This document shows, in pieces, positions 10,722 through 23,000 of a stretch of 64,000 nucleotides of DNA. The position numbers were made by a program, and so were the translations under genes. The DNA is taken from contig OZ244160.1 of the NCBI GenBank assembly GCA_965216325.1, positions 1,376,001 to 1,440,000 of the forward strand, read 5' to 3'. Source of the stretch: Coraliomargarita sp. (GTDB lineage: Bacteria > Verrucomicrobiota > Verrucomicrobiia > Opitutales > Coraliomargaritaceae). Below the pieces are notes generated by a model that had not been told where the DNA came from, searched no databases, and saw only the letters and a program-made list of their open reading frames with translations. How positions within the stretch are numbered: the stretch's first letter is position 1; every line of letters starts with the position of its first letter.

Positions 10722-11924
10722 ATGGCTGATCAAAAATTACACATTTTCTCACACCGCCCATCGCGTCGTAAGACCTTCGAGAGCTTCACCACACTGTTCT
10801 TTCGACTGGCAACCTACTGCGTAATCGCAGCAGCGGGTTACATCTTCCTCGACATCGCGGTCAACGGCTCCAAGGCAGTCTTCACCAGCAAGGCACCATT
10901 CATCAATGTCAGCTTCCTCACTGAGAAGCCGCAAACCTTGCACGTGTTCGAGCCAAAGGAGCCCTACGATGCCTTGCAGGCCAATGGACGCAAAATCCTT
11001 TCGCTGAACACCAAGATCAACGGGCTCGGTTCCAAAGAGGTCGAACAGAAGCAGGCCTACTTGGACGAGATTGCAGCAATCGAAGCGGAAAACAAAGAAC
11101 TCGATGTTGCCCGCAAGGCCGACCGCCTAATGTATAGCGACAACGAGTATCGCGCTCTCGAAAATCCGCCCAACAAAGAGAATTACGCCTACGCAACTTA
11201 CGCTTACAGTGGCGGTGGTATCGGCCCTGCGATTATCGGCACCTGTCTTTTGGTTGCCGGCTCGATCGCAATTGCACTGAGCCTTGGCGTGCTCTGCGCC
11301 ATCTACCTCAGTGAATACAGCCGCCCGGGCAAAACACTACAAATCATTCGCCTGTCGATTTTGAATCTCTCTGGCGTGCCATCGATCGTCTTCGGTCTAT
11401 TCGGCTTTGGTATGTTCGTTCTGTTCTTCGACTGGGGCGTCTCGATGATCGCCGGTTGGTTCACACTCGCGATCATGGCTCTGCCAGTCATCATCGCAGC
11501 CAGTGAGGAATCCATGCGTGCGATCCCCAAAGGCTTCCGCGAAGGCTCACTTGCACTGGGTGCATCCAAGTGGACCTCGATCCGCACCAACGTGCTACCC
11601 TACGCCATGCCGGGCATTCTGACTTCCTCGATCATGGGTATCGCTCGTGTCGCCGGTGAGACCGCACCCATCATGTTCACCGCAGCCTTCGCCTTGCGAG
11701 ACCAGCTGCCATGGGAAGGCCTCAAAGAGCCAACCGATTTCGTTTTCCAGGGTGTGATGGCACTCCCCTACCACATCTACGTCGTCAGCTCGAAGATCCC
11801 GCAAAACGAATACACCAAGAACATGCAGTATGGTGCGGCCTTCGTCTTCCTCTTCATCGTCGGCTTCTTCGCCCTCAGCAGCATCCTCCTTCGTATCCAA
11901 GTCCGTAAGAAGTATAAGTGGTAG
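10722..11924 (+). CDS. pstA: phosphate ABC transporter permease PstA
   Basis: [46 protein letters not shown] motifs. Confidence 0.95.
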   Translation: MADQKLHIFSHRPSRRKTFESFTTLFFRLATYCVIAAAGYIFLDIAVNGSKAVFTSKAPFINVSFLTEKPQTLHVFEPKEPYDALQANGRKILSLNTKINGLGSKEVEQKQAYLDEIAAIEAENKELDVARKADRLMYSDNEYRALENPPNKENYAYATYAYSGGGIGPAIIGTCLLVAGSIAIALSLGVLCAIYLSEYSRPGKTLQIIRLSILNLSGVPSIVFGLFGFGMFVLFFDWGVSMIAGWFTLAIMALPVIIAASEESMRAIPKGFREGSLALGASKWTSIRTNVLPYAMPGILTSSIMGIARVAGETAPIMFTAAFALRDQLPWEGLKEPTDFVFQGVMALPYHIYVVSSKIPQNEYTKNMQYGAAFVFLFIVGFFALSSILLRIQVRKKYKW

Positions 11925-11987
11925 TAGCTCGCCGGCCGAGCATACCTTACAACCTTCATACATTCCAACTTTCCCACTCTAGAAAAA

Positions 11988-12797
11988 ATGAGCGTCGAAA
12001 TTAAAACCACCGCCAAGCCAGCAGAACCTAAGACCGATGCACCGACGATTATCGAGGTGCGCGACTTCGACTTCTGCTACGGCGACTCGCAGGCACTGTT
12101 CAAAATCAACATGGACATCCGCGAGAAGGAAGTCACCGCCTTCATCGGGCCATCCGGTTGCGGCAAGTCCACCTTCCTGCGCTGCTTCAACCGCATGAAC
12201 GACTTGATCGACGTCGCCCGCATCGCAGGCGGTAGCGTGCGCATCAGTGACATCGACATCTACGGTCGCGACGTCGACGTAATCGAGCTGCGCAAGCACG
12301 TCGGCATGGTGTTCCAGAAGTCGAACCCCTTCCCAAAGTCGATCTACGACAACATCGCTTACGGCATGCGCATTCAGGGCATTAAGAAAAAGAGTGAACT
12401 CGACGATGTGGTTGAAGAATGCCTTCGTGGTGCTGCCCTATGGGACGAGGTCAAAGATCGTCTCAACGAAAGCGCACTCGGCATGTCCGGTGGTCAGCAG
12501 CAACGCCTGTGTATCGCCCGTGCACTCGCCGTGAAACCAAAGATTCTCCTCATGGACGAGCCGTGTTCCGCGCTCGACCCAATCGCCACTGCGAAAGTGG
12601 AAGAGCTCATCCACGAATTGAAGAAGGACTACACCATCGTCATCGTGACACACAACATGCAGCAGGCCGCACGTGTGTCCGACCGCACCGCGTTCTTCTA
12701 CCTCGGCAAGCTCATCGAGTATGATGTAACCGACAACATTTTCATGAACCCAAGCGACCCACAAACCGAGGCCTACGTCTCCGGACGCTTCGGATAA
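11988..12797 (+). CDS. pstB: phosphate ABC transporter ATP-binding protein
   Basis: [45 protein letters not shown] end. Confidence 0.97.
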   Translation: MSVEIKTTAKPAEPKTDAPTIIEVRDFDFCYGDSQALFKINMDIREKEVTAFIGPSGCGKSTFLRCFNRMNDLIDVARIAGGSVRISDIDIYGRDVDVIELRKHVGMVFQKSNPFPKSIYDNIAYGMRIQGIKKKSELDDVVEECLRGAALWDEVKDRLNESALGMSGGQQQRLCIARALAVKPKILLMDEPCSALDPIATAKVEELIHELKKDYTIVIVTHNMQQAARVSDRTAFFYLGKLIEYDVTDNIFMNPSDPQTEAYVSGRFG

Positions 12798-12838
12798 AAA
12801 CTGCCCACAGACCCGACCTAATAATAGCCAACCCAAAC

Positions 12839-13480
12839 ATGACTATGAACCGCTACTTTCACGCAGAACTCGAAGAGATCAAAAACCAGCTGATCCTGAT
12901 TGGCGAAAAAGCCAACGAAGCTGCACGCATCGCCGTAGATGGCTTCCTCGAAAACGATCTCGCCAAGATCGATAAGGCGATCTCCTTGGACGACGAAATC
13001 GACCAAATCGAACAGGACATCGACCGCGCCGCCGTGCGTTACATTACGCTGCGCGGCCCTGTATCCAGCGACGTTCGCTTAATCTTCGTTGCGATCAAAG
13101 CAAGCCACGACATTGAGCGTGTCGGTGACGAAGCACACAGCATCGGCAAGCATGCTAAGAAAATCCTCACCCGCGAGGGCCGTCTTGAGAACTACGGTAC
13201 CATCCAGGAAATGAGCGAGATCGCGTGCGGCATGATGAGCGACGCGATTACTTGCTTCGTTGAACAAGACATCGAACTCGCACGCGAACTCATCGAGCGC
13301 GACAAGCGGGTCGACAAACTAAACCGTGAGAACTTCAAGGCCTTTGCGAAAAAGGGTAATCCAAACACAGACAACGTCACCGACTTCGAGATCACACTGA
13401 TCTCACGTTCCATTGAGCGCATTGCAGATCACTCCACAAATCTCGCCGAAGAAGTTATCTATTTGCTAACAGGCGAATAA
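12839..13480 (+). CDS. phoU: phosphate signalling protein PhoU
   Basis: DDEID, DIERVGD, ERIADHSTNLAE motifs; downstream of pstB. Confidence 0.95.
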   Translation: MTMNRYFHAELEEIKNQLILIGEKANEAARIAVDGFLENDLAKIDKAISLDDEIDQIEQDIDRAAVRYITLRGPVSSDVRLIFVAIKASHDIERVGDEAHSIGKHAKKILTREGRLENYGTIQEMSEIACGMMSDAITCFVEQDIELARELIERDKRVDKLNRENFKAFAKKGNPNTDNVTDFEITLISRSIERIADHSTNLAEEVIYLLTGE

Positions 13481-13640
13481 CGAAACGATTGCCATCAAGA
13501 TTTAACGTTATTTCGGGTAAGATTATTGTATCATTTTGGCCTCATATCTGCTATAGGGGGCTGTGTTGAATGATTTAGAACGTTTGTTTTTCTAAACTGT
13601 TCGATCAACAACCACTAATTAGCTTAACTAGAAATTAATC

Positions 13641-14078
13641 ATGGCAAAGAAAACAACCAAGAAGGCTGCTAAGAAAGTAGCCGCTAAGAAGGCACCGGCG
13701 AAGAAGGCACCGGCTAAGAAGGCTCCAGCCAAGAAAGCTCCCACTAAGAAAGCTCCAGCCAAGAAAGCTCCCACTAAGAAGGCTCCTGCTAAGAAGAAGG
13801 CAGCTTCCAAGAAGCTGGTTGAAACCAGCCTCATCGCACGCGTTGACGTCGGCTTCGGCAACAGCCTCTATGTTCGTGGTGAAGGCGCTGGCCTGAGCTG
13901 GGAAAAGGGCACCCTTCTTGAGAACGTCACTCCATACGAGTGGGCACTCAAGACCACCAAGGCCAAGGGTCCAGTTACCTTCAAGTTCCTCATCAACGAT
14001 GAGCTCTGGGCTGAAGGTGAGAACATCACCGTTGCAGCTGGCGAAACATCGATTAGCACACCAGCTTTCGTTTGGTAA
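13641..14078 (+). CDS. Lys/Ala-rich histone-H1-like protein with C-terminal CBM-like domain
   Basis: Tandem AKKAP/TKKAP repeats, then VDVGFGNSLYVRGEGAGLSWEKG...FKFLINDELW. Confidence 0.75.
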   Translation: MAKKTTKKAAKKVAAKKAPAKKAPAKKAPAKKAPTKKAPAKKAPTKKAPAKKKAASKKLVETSLIARVDVGFGNSLYVRGEGAGLSWEKGTLLENVTPYEWALKTTKAKGPVTFKFLINDELWAEGENITVAAGETSISTPAFVW

Positions 14079-14101
14079 TTTATTGCCACCTGAACTTTCA
14101 G

Positions 14102-14134
14102 AAGCCTGTCGGTCCTGCACCGGCAGGCTTTTTT
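14102..14134 (+). terminator. intrinsic terminator
   Basis: AAGCCTGTCGGT-cctgc-ACCGGCAGGCTT followed by T run. Confidence 0.75.
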
Positions 14135-14139
14135 GTGCA

Positions 14140-14207
14140 GGTAGGGTTCGATATCCCTATCGAACCGTGGCGTATGAGGCGGCGCGTTAAGGATAACACG
14201 CCCTACC
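14140..14207. repeat. GTAG-type REP doublet
   Basis: GGTAGGGTTCGATATCCCTATCGAACC ... GGCGCGTTAAGGATAACACGCCCTACC. Confidence 0.65.
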
Positions 14208-14219
14208 ACGATCACAGAC

Positions 14220-14915
14220 CTACTCAGTTGTAGGATTCACTAACTCGTCTTTAGTAATCGCATCGAGGCGCTGCTTTAAAATTGCAGCAGCTTCCGCAGG
14301 GTCACTCGCACCTAGCTGATCGGGCATACCAACACTCACCAGCTTCGCCTCAATCGTAGTAAATGGATACGGCAGGTAAAATTTATCCCAGCTCTTCAAG
14401 CGCCAGGCTTTGCCGAAATTAAACGACAGCAGCACAATCGGCGTGTTGGTTTTGAGCGCAACGGTCACTGCGCCCGCCTTCATATCGTAGATCGGGCCGC
14501 GCGAACCGTCGGGTGTAATACCAATATCATAGCCCTGCTCGTTCGCCTCGATTAGCTCACGCACCGCCTGCGGGCCACGATTGTAACGTGAACCACGCAC
14601 CGGATGCATCCCAACCTGCTTCAGAAAAGCAGATAGCCATGCGCCATCGCCACTCGCACTGATCAACACAGCCAGTTTGCGATGCTTGAAGTTACGACGA
14701 AAAAAGGACGGTGCGACAAACAAGCGATTATGCCAGAGGATCACCACCGATGGTGGGATCTCGCCGTCGATAAAGGCCTGCGTCTCTGCATCCACCCGGA
14801 AGCGCAAAGTGCGCGACCAAGCCGCCATGAACCAAGCCAACAAGCGCACCAGTAGCAGCTCGTGCCAGCGGAGCTGCTGAGCCGCCCCCTTGTTGACCTT
14901 ACGTTTTTTTGCCAT
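14220..14915 (-). CDS. lysophospholipid acyltransferase family / DUF374 protein
   Basis: [39 protein letters not shown] motifs; ATG at 14915. Confidence 0.85.
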   Translation of the reverse strand: MAKKRKVNKGAAQQLRWHELLLVRLLAWFMAAWSRTLRFRVDAETQAFIDGEIPPSVVILWHNRLFVAPSFFRRNFKHRKLAVLISASGDGAWLSAFLKQVGMHPVRGSRYNRGPQAVRELIEANEQGYDIGITPDGSRGPIYDMKAGAVTVALKTNTPIVLLSFNFGKAWRLKSWDKFYLPYPFTTIEAKLVSVGMPDQLGASDPAEAAAILKQRLDAITKDELVNPTTE

Positions 14916-15034
14916 CACGCACACCCTTGAGCCATTCCCGCGCGCGATCAACCCAAACCATGCCTACGGGTTCTCAAATAATGGAGGACGAGTCTTTGTA
15001 GTCTAAGACCAGCCGAAAGCAGAACTGTTTCAAC

Positions 15035-15066
15035 GTAAGCGGTCGCCTCGGCGATGCGACCCTACC
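15035..15066. repeat. GTAG-type REP copy
   Basis: GTAAGCGGTCGCCTCGGCGATGCGACCCTACC, related to the copy at 41156. Confidence 0.6.
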
Positions 15067-15152
15067 GCTAAAAGCGCCCCAACCCGAGTTCGAATGCCCC
15101 CCTCAAACGTAATCTTGACCCAAAATCAGCAAACGACATCCTGCGGCCCCTT

Positions 15153-16676
15153 ATGACAGCTCAATCCAGCGAAAACCTCATGGAAGAACTCGTCGGCCTG
15201 TGCAAGCGCCGCGGCTTCATTTTCCCGTCCTCCGAGATCTACGGCGGCTATAACGGCTTCTACGATTACGGCCCGCTCGGTGTCGAGCTGCGCAACAACA
15301 TCAAGCAAGCATGGTGGCGCGACTTCGTGCACCGCCGCGACGACGTCGAAGGCCTCGACTCCAGCATCATCATGCACCCAGCCATCTGGAAAGCATCCGG
15401 CCACGTCGACGGCTTCTCCGACCCAATGGTCGACTGCAAAGAGTCCAAGCTCCGCTACCGCGCCGACCAGTTGTTCTTCGCCCCTGTGATCGTCGATGGC
15501 GAGAAGATCGGCTACGTCTCCGTCGTCGAGTGCCCGGACCAACAGGAAATCGCTGAAAAGGCAGCAGCTGACCTCAAGCGCAAGGCTGCCAAGCAAGGCA
15601 CCCTCGAGCCGATCGTGCTCAAGGAGTATGTCGATGCCGCAGAGGACGAATACGATCAGATCCCTTCCCCGGCGACCGGCAAGCCCGGCTCGCTGACTGC
15701 ACCGCGTGAGTTCAAGCTCATGTTCGAGACTAAGGTTGGCCCACTTGCAGACGACTCCGCGACCGCTTACCTGCGCCCTGAAACCGCTCAAGGTATCTTC
15801 GCGAACTACAAGAACATCGTCGATACTGGGCGCGTGAAGATCCCATTCGGTATCGCCCAGATCGGTAAGGCCTTCCGTAACGAGATCACACCGCGCAACT
15901 TCATCTTCCGCTCACGTGAATTCGAGCAAATGGAGATCGAATACTTCATCGCACCAAGCGCCGACTGGAAGCAGCTCCACCGCGAGTGGCTCGACACCTG
16001 CATCGACTGGCTGGTGTCCATCGGTTTGCCACGCGAATCGATCACCGAGGACATTCACCCTGAGGACAAGCTGGCCTTCTACTCTCAAGCCACCACTGAC
16101 CTGATGTTCCACTTCCCGCACGGCGAACAAGAACTCTGGGGTATCGCTTGCCGCTCCGACTACGACTTGAACCAGCACCAGGAGCACTCCGGCAAGTCGA
16201 TGACCATCTTCGACGAAAGCACCAAAGAAAAGTATGTGCCACACGTCATCGAGCCATCGCTCGGCGTCGACCGCACCCTACTCGCTGTGCTCACCGCCGC
16301 TTACACGGAAGACGAAGTGCCCAACGACAAGGGCAAGGTCGAAAAGCGCACCCTGCTCAAGTTCAGCCCGAAAATCGCGCCTTACAAGGCTGCCGTCTTC
16401 CCGCTGCTCAAGAACAAGCCTGAGCTCGTCGAGCGCGCCGAAGCCCTCTACAAGAAGCTACAACGCCGCTGGAACGTCTTTTACGATGCATCCGGTGCCA
16501 TCGGTCGCCGCTACCGCCGTCAGGACGAGATCGGCACCCCGTTCGGCATCACCATCGACTTCGACACCATCGAGAAGGACGGCACCGTCACGCTCCGTGA
16601 TCGCGATACCTGTGAGCAGCGTCGCGTCACCGAAGACGAGCTCATCCAATTCCTCGAAGAACAAATCGACGGCTAA
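15153..16676 (+). CDS. glyQS: glycine--tRNA ligase (alpha2 type)
   Basis: [53 protein letters not shown] motifs. Confidence 0.97.
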   Translation: MTAQSSENLMEELVGLCKRRGFIFPSSEIYGGYNGFYDYGPLGVELRNNIKQAWWRDFVHRRDDVEGLDSSIIMHPAIWKASGHVDGFSDPMVDCKESKLRYRADQLFFAPVIVDGEKIGYVSVVECPDQQEIAEKAAADLKRKAAKQGTLEPIVLKEYVDAAEDEYDQIPSPATGKPGSLTAPREFKLMFETKVGPLADDSATAYLRPETAQGIFANYKNIVDTGRVKIPFGIAQIGKAFRNEITPRNFIFRSREFEQMEIEYFIAPSADWKQLHREWLDTCIDWLVSIGLPRESITEDIHPEDKLAFYSQATTDLMFHFPHGEQELWGIACRSDYDLNQHQEHSGKSMTIFDESTKEKYVPHVIEPSLGVDRTLLAVLTAAYTEDEVPNDKGKVEKRTLLKFSPKIAPYKAAVFPLLKNKPELVERAEALYKKLQRRWNVFYDASGAIGRRYRRQDEIGTPFGITIDFDTIEKDGTVTLRDRDTCEQRRVTEDELIQFLEEQIDG

Positions 16677-16702
16677 GATTCAGAGATCAGACTTTTCAAA
16701 GC

Positions 16703-16734
16703 AAAATCCCGCGGTTTATCCCGCGGGATTTTTT
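16703..16734 (+). terminator. intrinsic terminator after glyQS
   Basis: AAAATCCCGCGG-tttatc-CCGCGGGATTTTTT. Confidence 0.8.
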
Positions 16735-16942
16735 GTGGCCAGAATCAGGGATGGCAGAGAATTACTATATTCTGCCGAGTTGAAGGAGTTTTGAAACGAT
16801 GCTGCATTCGACAGGCTCAAAGCTATGGGTTGATCGAGATGGGCAGGATGCCCAAGAACCGAAGCTCTATCGTCGGCAGCATCGTGCAAGCACAAGCCCT
16901 ACGAAAGCCCCCCCTCAAATGGCTTTGCTTGAGCGAAGCAGC

Positions 16943-16977
16943 AAAAGGGCCCGCATGCGATAACATGCGGGCCCTTG
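16943..16977 (-). terminator. hairpin/terminator after the giant surface-protein gene
   Basis: AAAGGGCCCGCATG-cgataa-CATGCGGGCCCTT. Confidence 0.65.
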
Positions 16978-17006
16978 AGAGAATCCTCTACGAGGTTTGT
17001 AGCCTC

Positions 17007-20000
17007 TTACTCGGTGGGATCGGTTGGGTCCGTGCCCGCGATCCATTCGTCTAGATTGCTCACACCATCGAGGTCATAGTCGTCATCATACGCGATATTG
17101 TCGATTCCAACTCCAAGCGCACCACGCAAAGCCATCTCTTCAGCAATAATCCGATCCACAGCCAAGACCACTGGTGTGCTTGCTCCATTCGTTGGATCAG
17201 TTCCCAGAAGGAGCTCAATCAGATTATTCTCGGTGTCCAGATCGTTGTCGTCAGTGCTGCCAACGTCGACTGCAGGAGTGAAGATCGGATCCGCAGTCAC
17301 GCTGCCAAGCACTCCAAGCTCAGCCATCTCTTCGGCGACGAAGATATCAGCCTCGCTAGCTCCAGTAACACTAGAATTATCAATTGGATTAGAGCCAAAT
17401 TGGATTTCCGTCAGATTGTTGACGCCATCCAAGTCGAAGTCATCACGTGCACCGACTGGACCAGCAACCACACCCAAGACCGCCATTTGCACAATCACAT
17501 GGGCGTCCACAGCAGGCGAGACGCCATCCGCAACCGTCAGATCCGTGCCAGAGTAGATTTCCCGGATGTTGCTCACACCGTCCTGATCGTAGTCGCTGTC
17601 CGGCTGAGTATTTTGGGTCGTCAAGACCCCTGCAGTGTCGAATGCATCCGCGACAAAGACCTGCAGCGCATTCGGCTGATCTGAGAAGTTGTCCGGATCC
17701 GTGCCGACAATCACTTCAGCGAGGTTGCTACTACCGTCTCCATCATAATCATCTGCAGCGGCAATATCGAGCATATCGACTTCGTAAATACCTAAGACTG
17801 CAAACTGTTCCGCGACGAAGCTGTCCTCCGGATCACTCAGTGTCGGTGTCTCGGTATCATCCTTCGGGTTCGTGCCATACATGAGCTCGATCAAGTTATT
17901 GATACCATCAGCATCATAGTCACCTTCAGGGCTAAGCTCGGGGTTCAACGGTGCCGGATCAGAATCCGGGATCTCACTGAGCGCATTGCTCACAAAGGTC
18001 ACGACATCTGAAGCGAACATCGATGGAACTCTCGATTCAACCACCACACGCATGAAACCGTTCAGGGTATCCGCGACCGTTGTTGGGTAGCGAAGCGTGA
18101 CTCGAGCAGAGGAGCCTTCATCGACCACAGCAACCACATGAATCAAATCTTCAGGATTCTCTTGGCCGTCGCCCGCAGCACCGACTTGATCGATCAAACC
18201 ACCCTCACCCGTCAAGGAGTTGCTTCCAACTAAGCTATCGAATGGTGGCGCAATCGTAAGTGCCGAAATCAAATTACCTGCGGTAAAATCAACTCCATTC
18301 GATGCCTCCACGATATACGCTAAGTCGTTCGAACGTGTTACCAGGTCAAAAGTCACGGTTAAGTAGTCTTCAGACTCGAGTGTATCGACTCCATAAGTTC
18401 CGGGGAACTGGCCGCCAGTAGTCACACCCGACGCTGGGTTGCGATTGAAGGCATACGCGAGGAAATTATCCACTTCCTCGGGGTCAGCACTATCTGCATC
18501 GGCAACCACTCCATATACATTGCCCCAGGCTGCGGCATTCGTTGGCGCGGATGCGAACATCGAGAATAAGCCATCATCGACATCGGCAATCGGGAATGTG
18601 GTATTATCGACATCGATAAGATCCACATTCTTCCAGACGTTCACCTCGCCAGATTCATCCACAGTATCATCCGCATCCACGGTGATCTGGATGAAGTAGG
18701 TGTAGTCTGTGATGCCTTTGTCCTCCGCAAAGATCTGCACCATTCGTCCACCAGTCGGCAGCGTGAATTCGATGTCGAGTATGACACGATCCCCATCAGG
18801 CGCGGAGAGTCGACGTCCCTCCATCGCCTCCGCAATGGTCGTGGAGCCCAAATCCAAATAGCCCGTGATGGCATTCTCGAACTCATCAATCCCGCCCCCG
18901 GCAGATAATGCATTCGACAGCTCTTCGCGGTCAACGAAACCAAGTTGATAATTCACACGCCAGCTGAGCAAACGGCCATCTGCGTCAAACAGGTCATCCA
19001 AGCCGACATTCTGAATCTCCATCTCTAAGCGCATCGGCGCTTCCGGATAATAGAGCTTCGCTTCGTCATACTCGACGACATCAACATAGAAAGCCTCCTC
19101 ATTGCCAAACACATTTGGATCATTCAAGCCGTCATAAATCAACAAGCGTGGCTTGCGCTCGACTCGAACGTCCGGGTTGTCGGTGATGACGATATTATTG
19201 CTACTGGAGAACTCATCGACTCGGTCATTCGCATCAATCTTCACAATGAGGTAGTAGTCATTCTCAGGGATATGATCACCCAGCGGCAGACCTCCGAGGA
19301 AGCTCATAAACTGCCCACTCTCAAAGCTGCCCTCAACCTGGGTGAAGGATCCAAGCACAATATCATCCACATTACCGTAAATACGGTCGGTCGAGAGACG
19401 CACTTCCAAATCGGCAGAGGTGAACACGTCAACTGTAGGATCCAAATCCCGGCCTTGGTTCTGTGCCTGGACTGTAATGTCTAAGGTCTCGGTGCCCAAC
19501 TTCTGGTCAGGCGCACCATTAATGGCGCCCACATCCAAGACATAGGTTCCAGCCACGTAATCTAAATCAGTCAGCACCAGTTCCGCGGTGAGCTCCGGAG
19601 TCGCATCGGTGAATTCAATCAATTCCACTTGGTCGATGTAAGCGGTATCCAGATAGTCGCCTGCGGACGCAGTCTTGCGGTAAGACCAGCGCACAAGTTG
19701 TGCACCCGGTCCAGCTGGGATGAAGATAGTAATCTCTGGCCCAATACGAAGAGGCTGAATTTGCACATCTGAGTCCGTTCCCAGTTGCCCTTCCTGTGTG
19801 CCACGGAAGCGATCGGAATATAGTTCAGCCTCGATGGTGACTGGCTGTCGAAGACCAGCAGGATTGACCTCGATCAACTCACGCTCACCCACAACGTCGA
19901 AGCTGATCACAAAGTCCAAGACACTCTCTCCCGCTTCGGGACTGGTTTCAGCATTAGTGTGCAACGCAACACTCACGCCACCGGCAGCAACAATTGTGCT

Positions 20001-23000
20001 CAAGGCATCCAGTGCGGTCTCGACTTCGGCCGGTGTAGCATAATACGGGATCTGGTCCGTGCTTTCCCCCTGATAGCTCAGGGTAAAGCCTACATTTGGA
20101 TCAATGCTCAGCAAGCGCACCTCTTGTATACTATCCGCACCCTGTGTGGTAGTCGATAGGCTACTGTTTCCAATCCGAAGTGGCTCAAGCGCATTGAACG
20201 TCATGTTACCGGTTTGATTGCCGGATACGACGAAGGTAATTTCATAGCTGAAGTCATCCGGTGCGGTGACCACAACGCCTCCGCTGCTAGTGATCGTAGT
20301 CAGATCATTGAGTGCCTCCTGCACTTCGAGAGCACTCGCATGTGCACGAATCTGTGCGGTGGTTTCACCATCATAACTAATCGTAAAGGGTCCATAGCCA
20401 AAGTCCCAATCGACGCGCCCGGAAATCCGCTCCTCAAGCACTCCATTGACGGAGACCTCCAAGTAATTGGCCGCAGGTGCAGAATCCACCTTCCAACGGA
20501 ATTTAACAATCTGTGGTCCTTCCAGAAGAGTTTCGAAATAACTTTCCTGCAGGGCTCCGACACCACCAGCGCTGGCGATATCATTCAAACCAGCTCCACT
20601 CGTTCCAGGCGGCAAGCTGCCCAGAGCTGGGTTTTGGATACCATACCAGGAGGCATCGCCACCAGTGCTTAAGACCGGAACAGGGCTCACGGAGTCCAGC
20701 TCCAAGGCCTCCACAAGGCTGATGTCAGGCTCAATGGTAATCAGATCGCCCGCATCGGAAAAAGTCGTGTTGTTATTGTCATTCGACTCTGCAATGGCAC
20801 CCGGCCCATTGACTGGATCGTCATTGGTTGCAGGGTCCGGGTCTACACGCACCGCCAAGTAATACTCGCCCGGCTCGGCGAAGTTCGGCGGGATCGGCAC
20901 ACTGATCGAGTAGACCGCCGTGCCATTCGCCGCTAACTCGCCACTGCTTTCAACTGCAGGGTCGATGATTAGTTCGACATCGTCCGAACCGCCCCACTGA
21001 TTGTCCTGAGAAAGGCGTGCATGAAGCGTGTATGTTGGAGTCGCCGGGACTGCGTCCGCCGAGTCGTTAATCACGGTTACATCAAATTCCAGATCGTTGC
21101 CCGGGCTGAGGCCCAAAGACAAATCAGAGGTGATGCTAATGTCGGACACTTGCAAATCGGGGGCCGTGCTGACGAACTGGTCCACCCATCCGCGGTCTTG
21201 GCCCGCCTCGCCGTCATCATCTTTCTCGTAGCTCCAACGCACAGTATAGGTTTGCCCGCCGTCGACTGCATATCGGAACTCCTGCCAATCCTGCTCACCA
21301 GCAATTTGTCCCACCAAGGTATCGTTCACATAGACACGTAGCCAGTCTGCTTTAAGCAGACCATCTACGATCACACGCTCACTACTCACCTTCCAGCGGA
21401 AACTAATTACCGTATCTGTCTCCGGCGTAATGACGGTCTCGAAGGACGCGATGCCACCATCGCCGACCACTGAGCTCATCGCAGCATCGTCATTGCCCTC
21501 GACATTGAAGAAGGTGCTCTTCTGCCCGATCCATGGACGATCGCCTTCGAATGCAACCGTCTCCGTTCGGATCGCATCGCCAGATAACTCAGCAGCCTCT
21601 TCAAGCGACACTTCTTCAAACATGAAGTATGGGTTCTGGTAGAACTTTACATTATTGTCCTCATTAATTTCCTCGAACTCGTTGTCCGGATCAATCACGA
21701 CACCGAAGAAGAGGAACTCACCAATTGGAATGTTATTCGGGACAGTTGCTTGATTCGGTTCATACAAACGACTATCACCCGCCTCACCAGCTTCTGCGAG
21801 GCCACCGTCATAGTTAAACTCACCAAAGATGTAGTCGCTATCATCCAAGTTAGCGTCATCGGAGAAAATAATACGCACTTTGATATCGGTGCCAAAATTA
21901 ATGGCTTCTAGACCGAGGTTCTCAAGAGTGAGCGCGAAATCCAGATCATCACCAACATTTGCAATGTCAGTGGTCGGATCGCCCTTCGGCCCTGGGTTCG
22001 GTTGGATGTTGGTCACCGTCAAATCAGATAGCGCTTGAATCGTCACCACGGCCAACTCCGAGACAAAGAGATTATTCGCCTGCACATTGGCTCCGGTAGC
22101 GTCAGCCGGATCAACCGGCTCTCCGGATTCGGGCACTCGGTTATCCTCATCGACCACCACCATCAAGTAATAATCACCACCAGGGATAGTCTCAGGAAGT
22201 TCGTATGAACCAATTCCTAGCGAGAGCGGGCCGTTATCGAAGTTCTGCGTAAACTCGATGGATTCGATCAGATAATCCGCATTCGGATCGAAGCTAGAGT
22301 CCGGTGAAAGATAAATCGCATAATCAAAGGTCGCCGAGTCCGCGGGATTATGATCTGCACCAAAGTTGGCGAGCACAATGTTCACGCCCAAACGGTCGCG
22401 ACGTAGCACATAGCTACCGGAGTCGATCGGCTGCTGCTCACTGGTCAATTCAACCGTATCCACAGCAAAGTCCGGCAAAGTGACTCCCTCTTCGATAATA
22501 ATGTTATCCAAGAAGACTTCGTCGTCGGCAGCATCCGCGTCTTCGGTGTATTGCCAAATCAAAGTGGTGCCCGCGGGAACGATGATCGACACAGTTTGCC
22601 AATCCGTCACACCGGAAATCTCCGCACGTTGCTCAGCGCTCGCACCAAAGAATCCAAAAGTGAGCTTATTGTCGGAGGAACTGGTGTCGGACTTCCAGTC
22701 GAAGGTCACACGTGACACCTCGTCGAGTTCGATTTTGATCTGCGCGATTTGACCCACGCCAATTGCCGGGCTAACGGCGGCATTGCCATTGACGCGATCG
22801 GCGATCAATGTGCCATACCAAGCAGCATCTCCATCAGTTGTAAAATCAGGGTCTGCATCATCATTGACCGGGTCGCCAGGGTTTGGATTGCTTGGCGCAC
22901 TGCCGGACACCAGCACGTCGTTCAACACGAAGCTGAGATCTAAACCAGTCACTTGGATGAAATTCGTAGCAGTAAAGGCCACATTGTTGGTTTCATCCGA

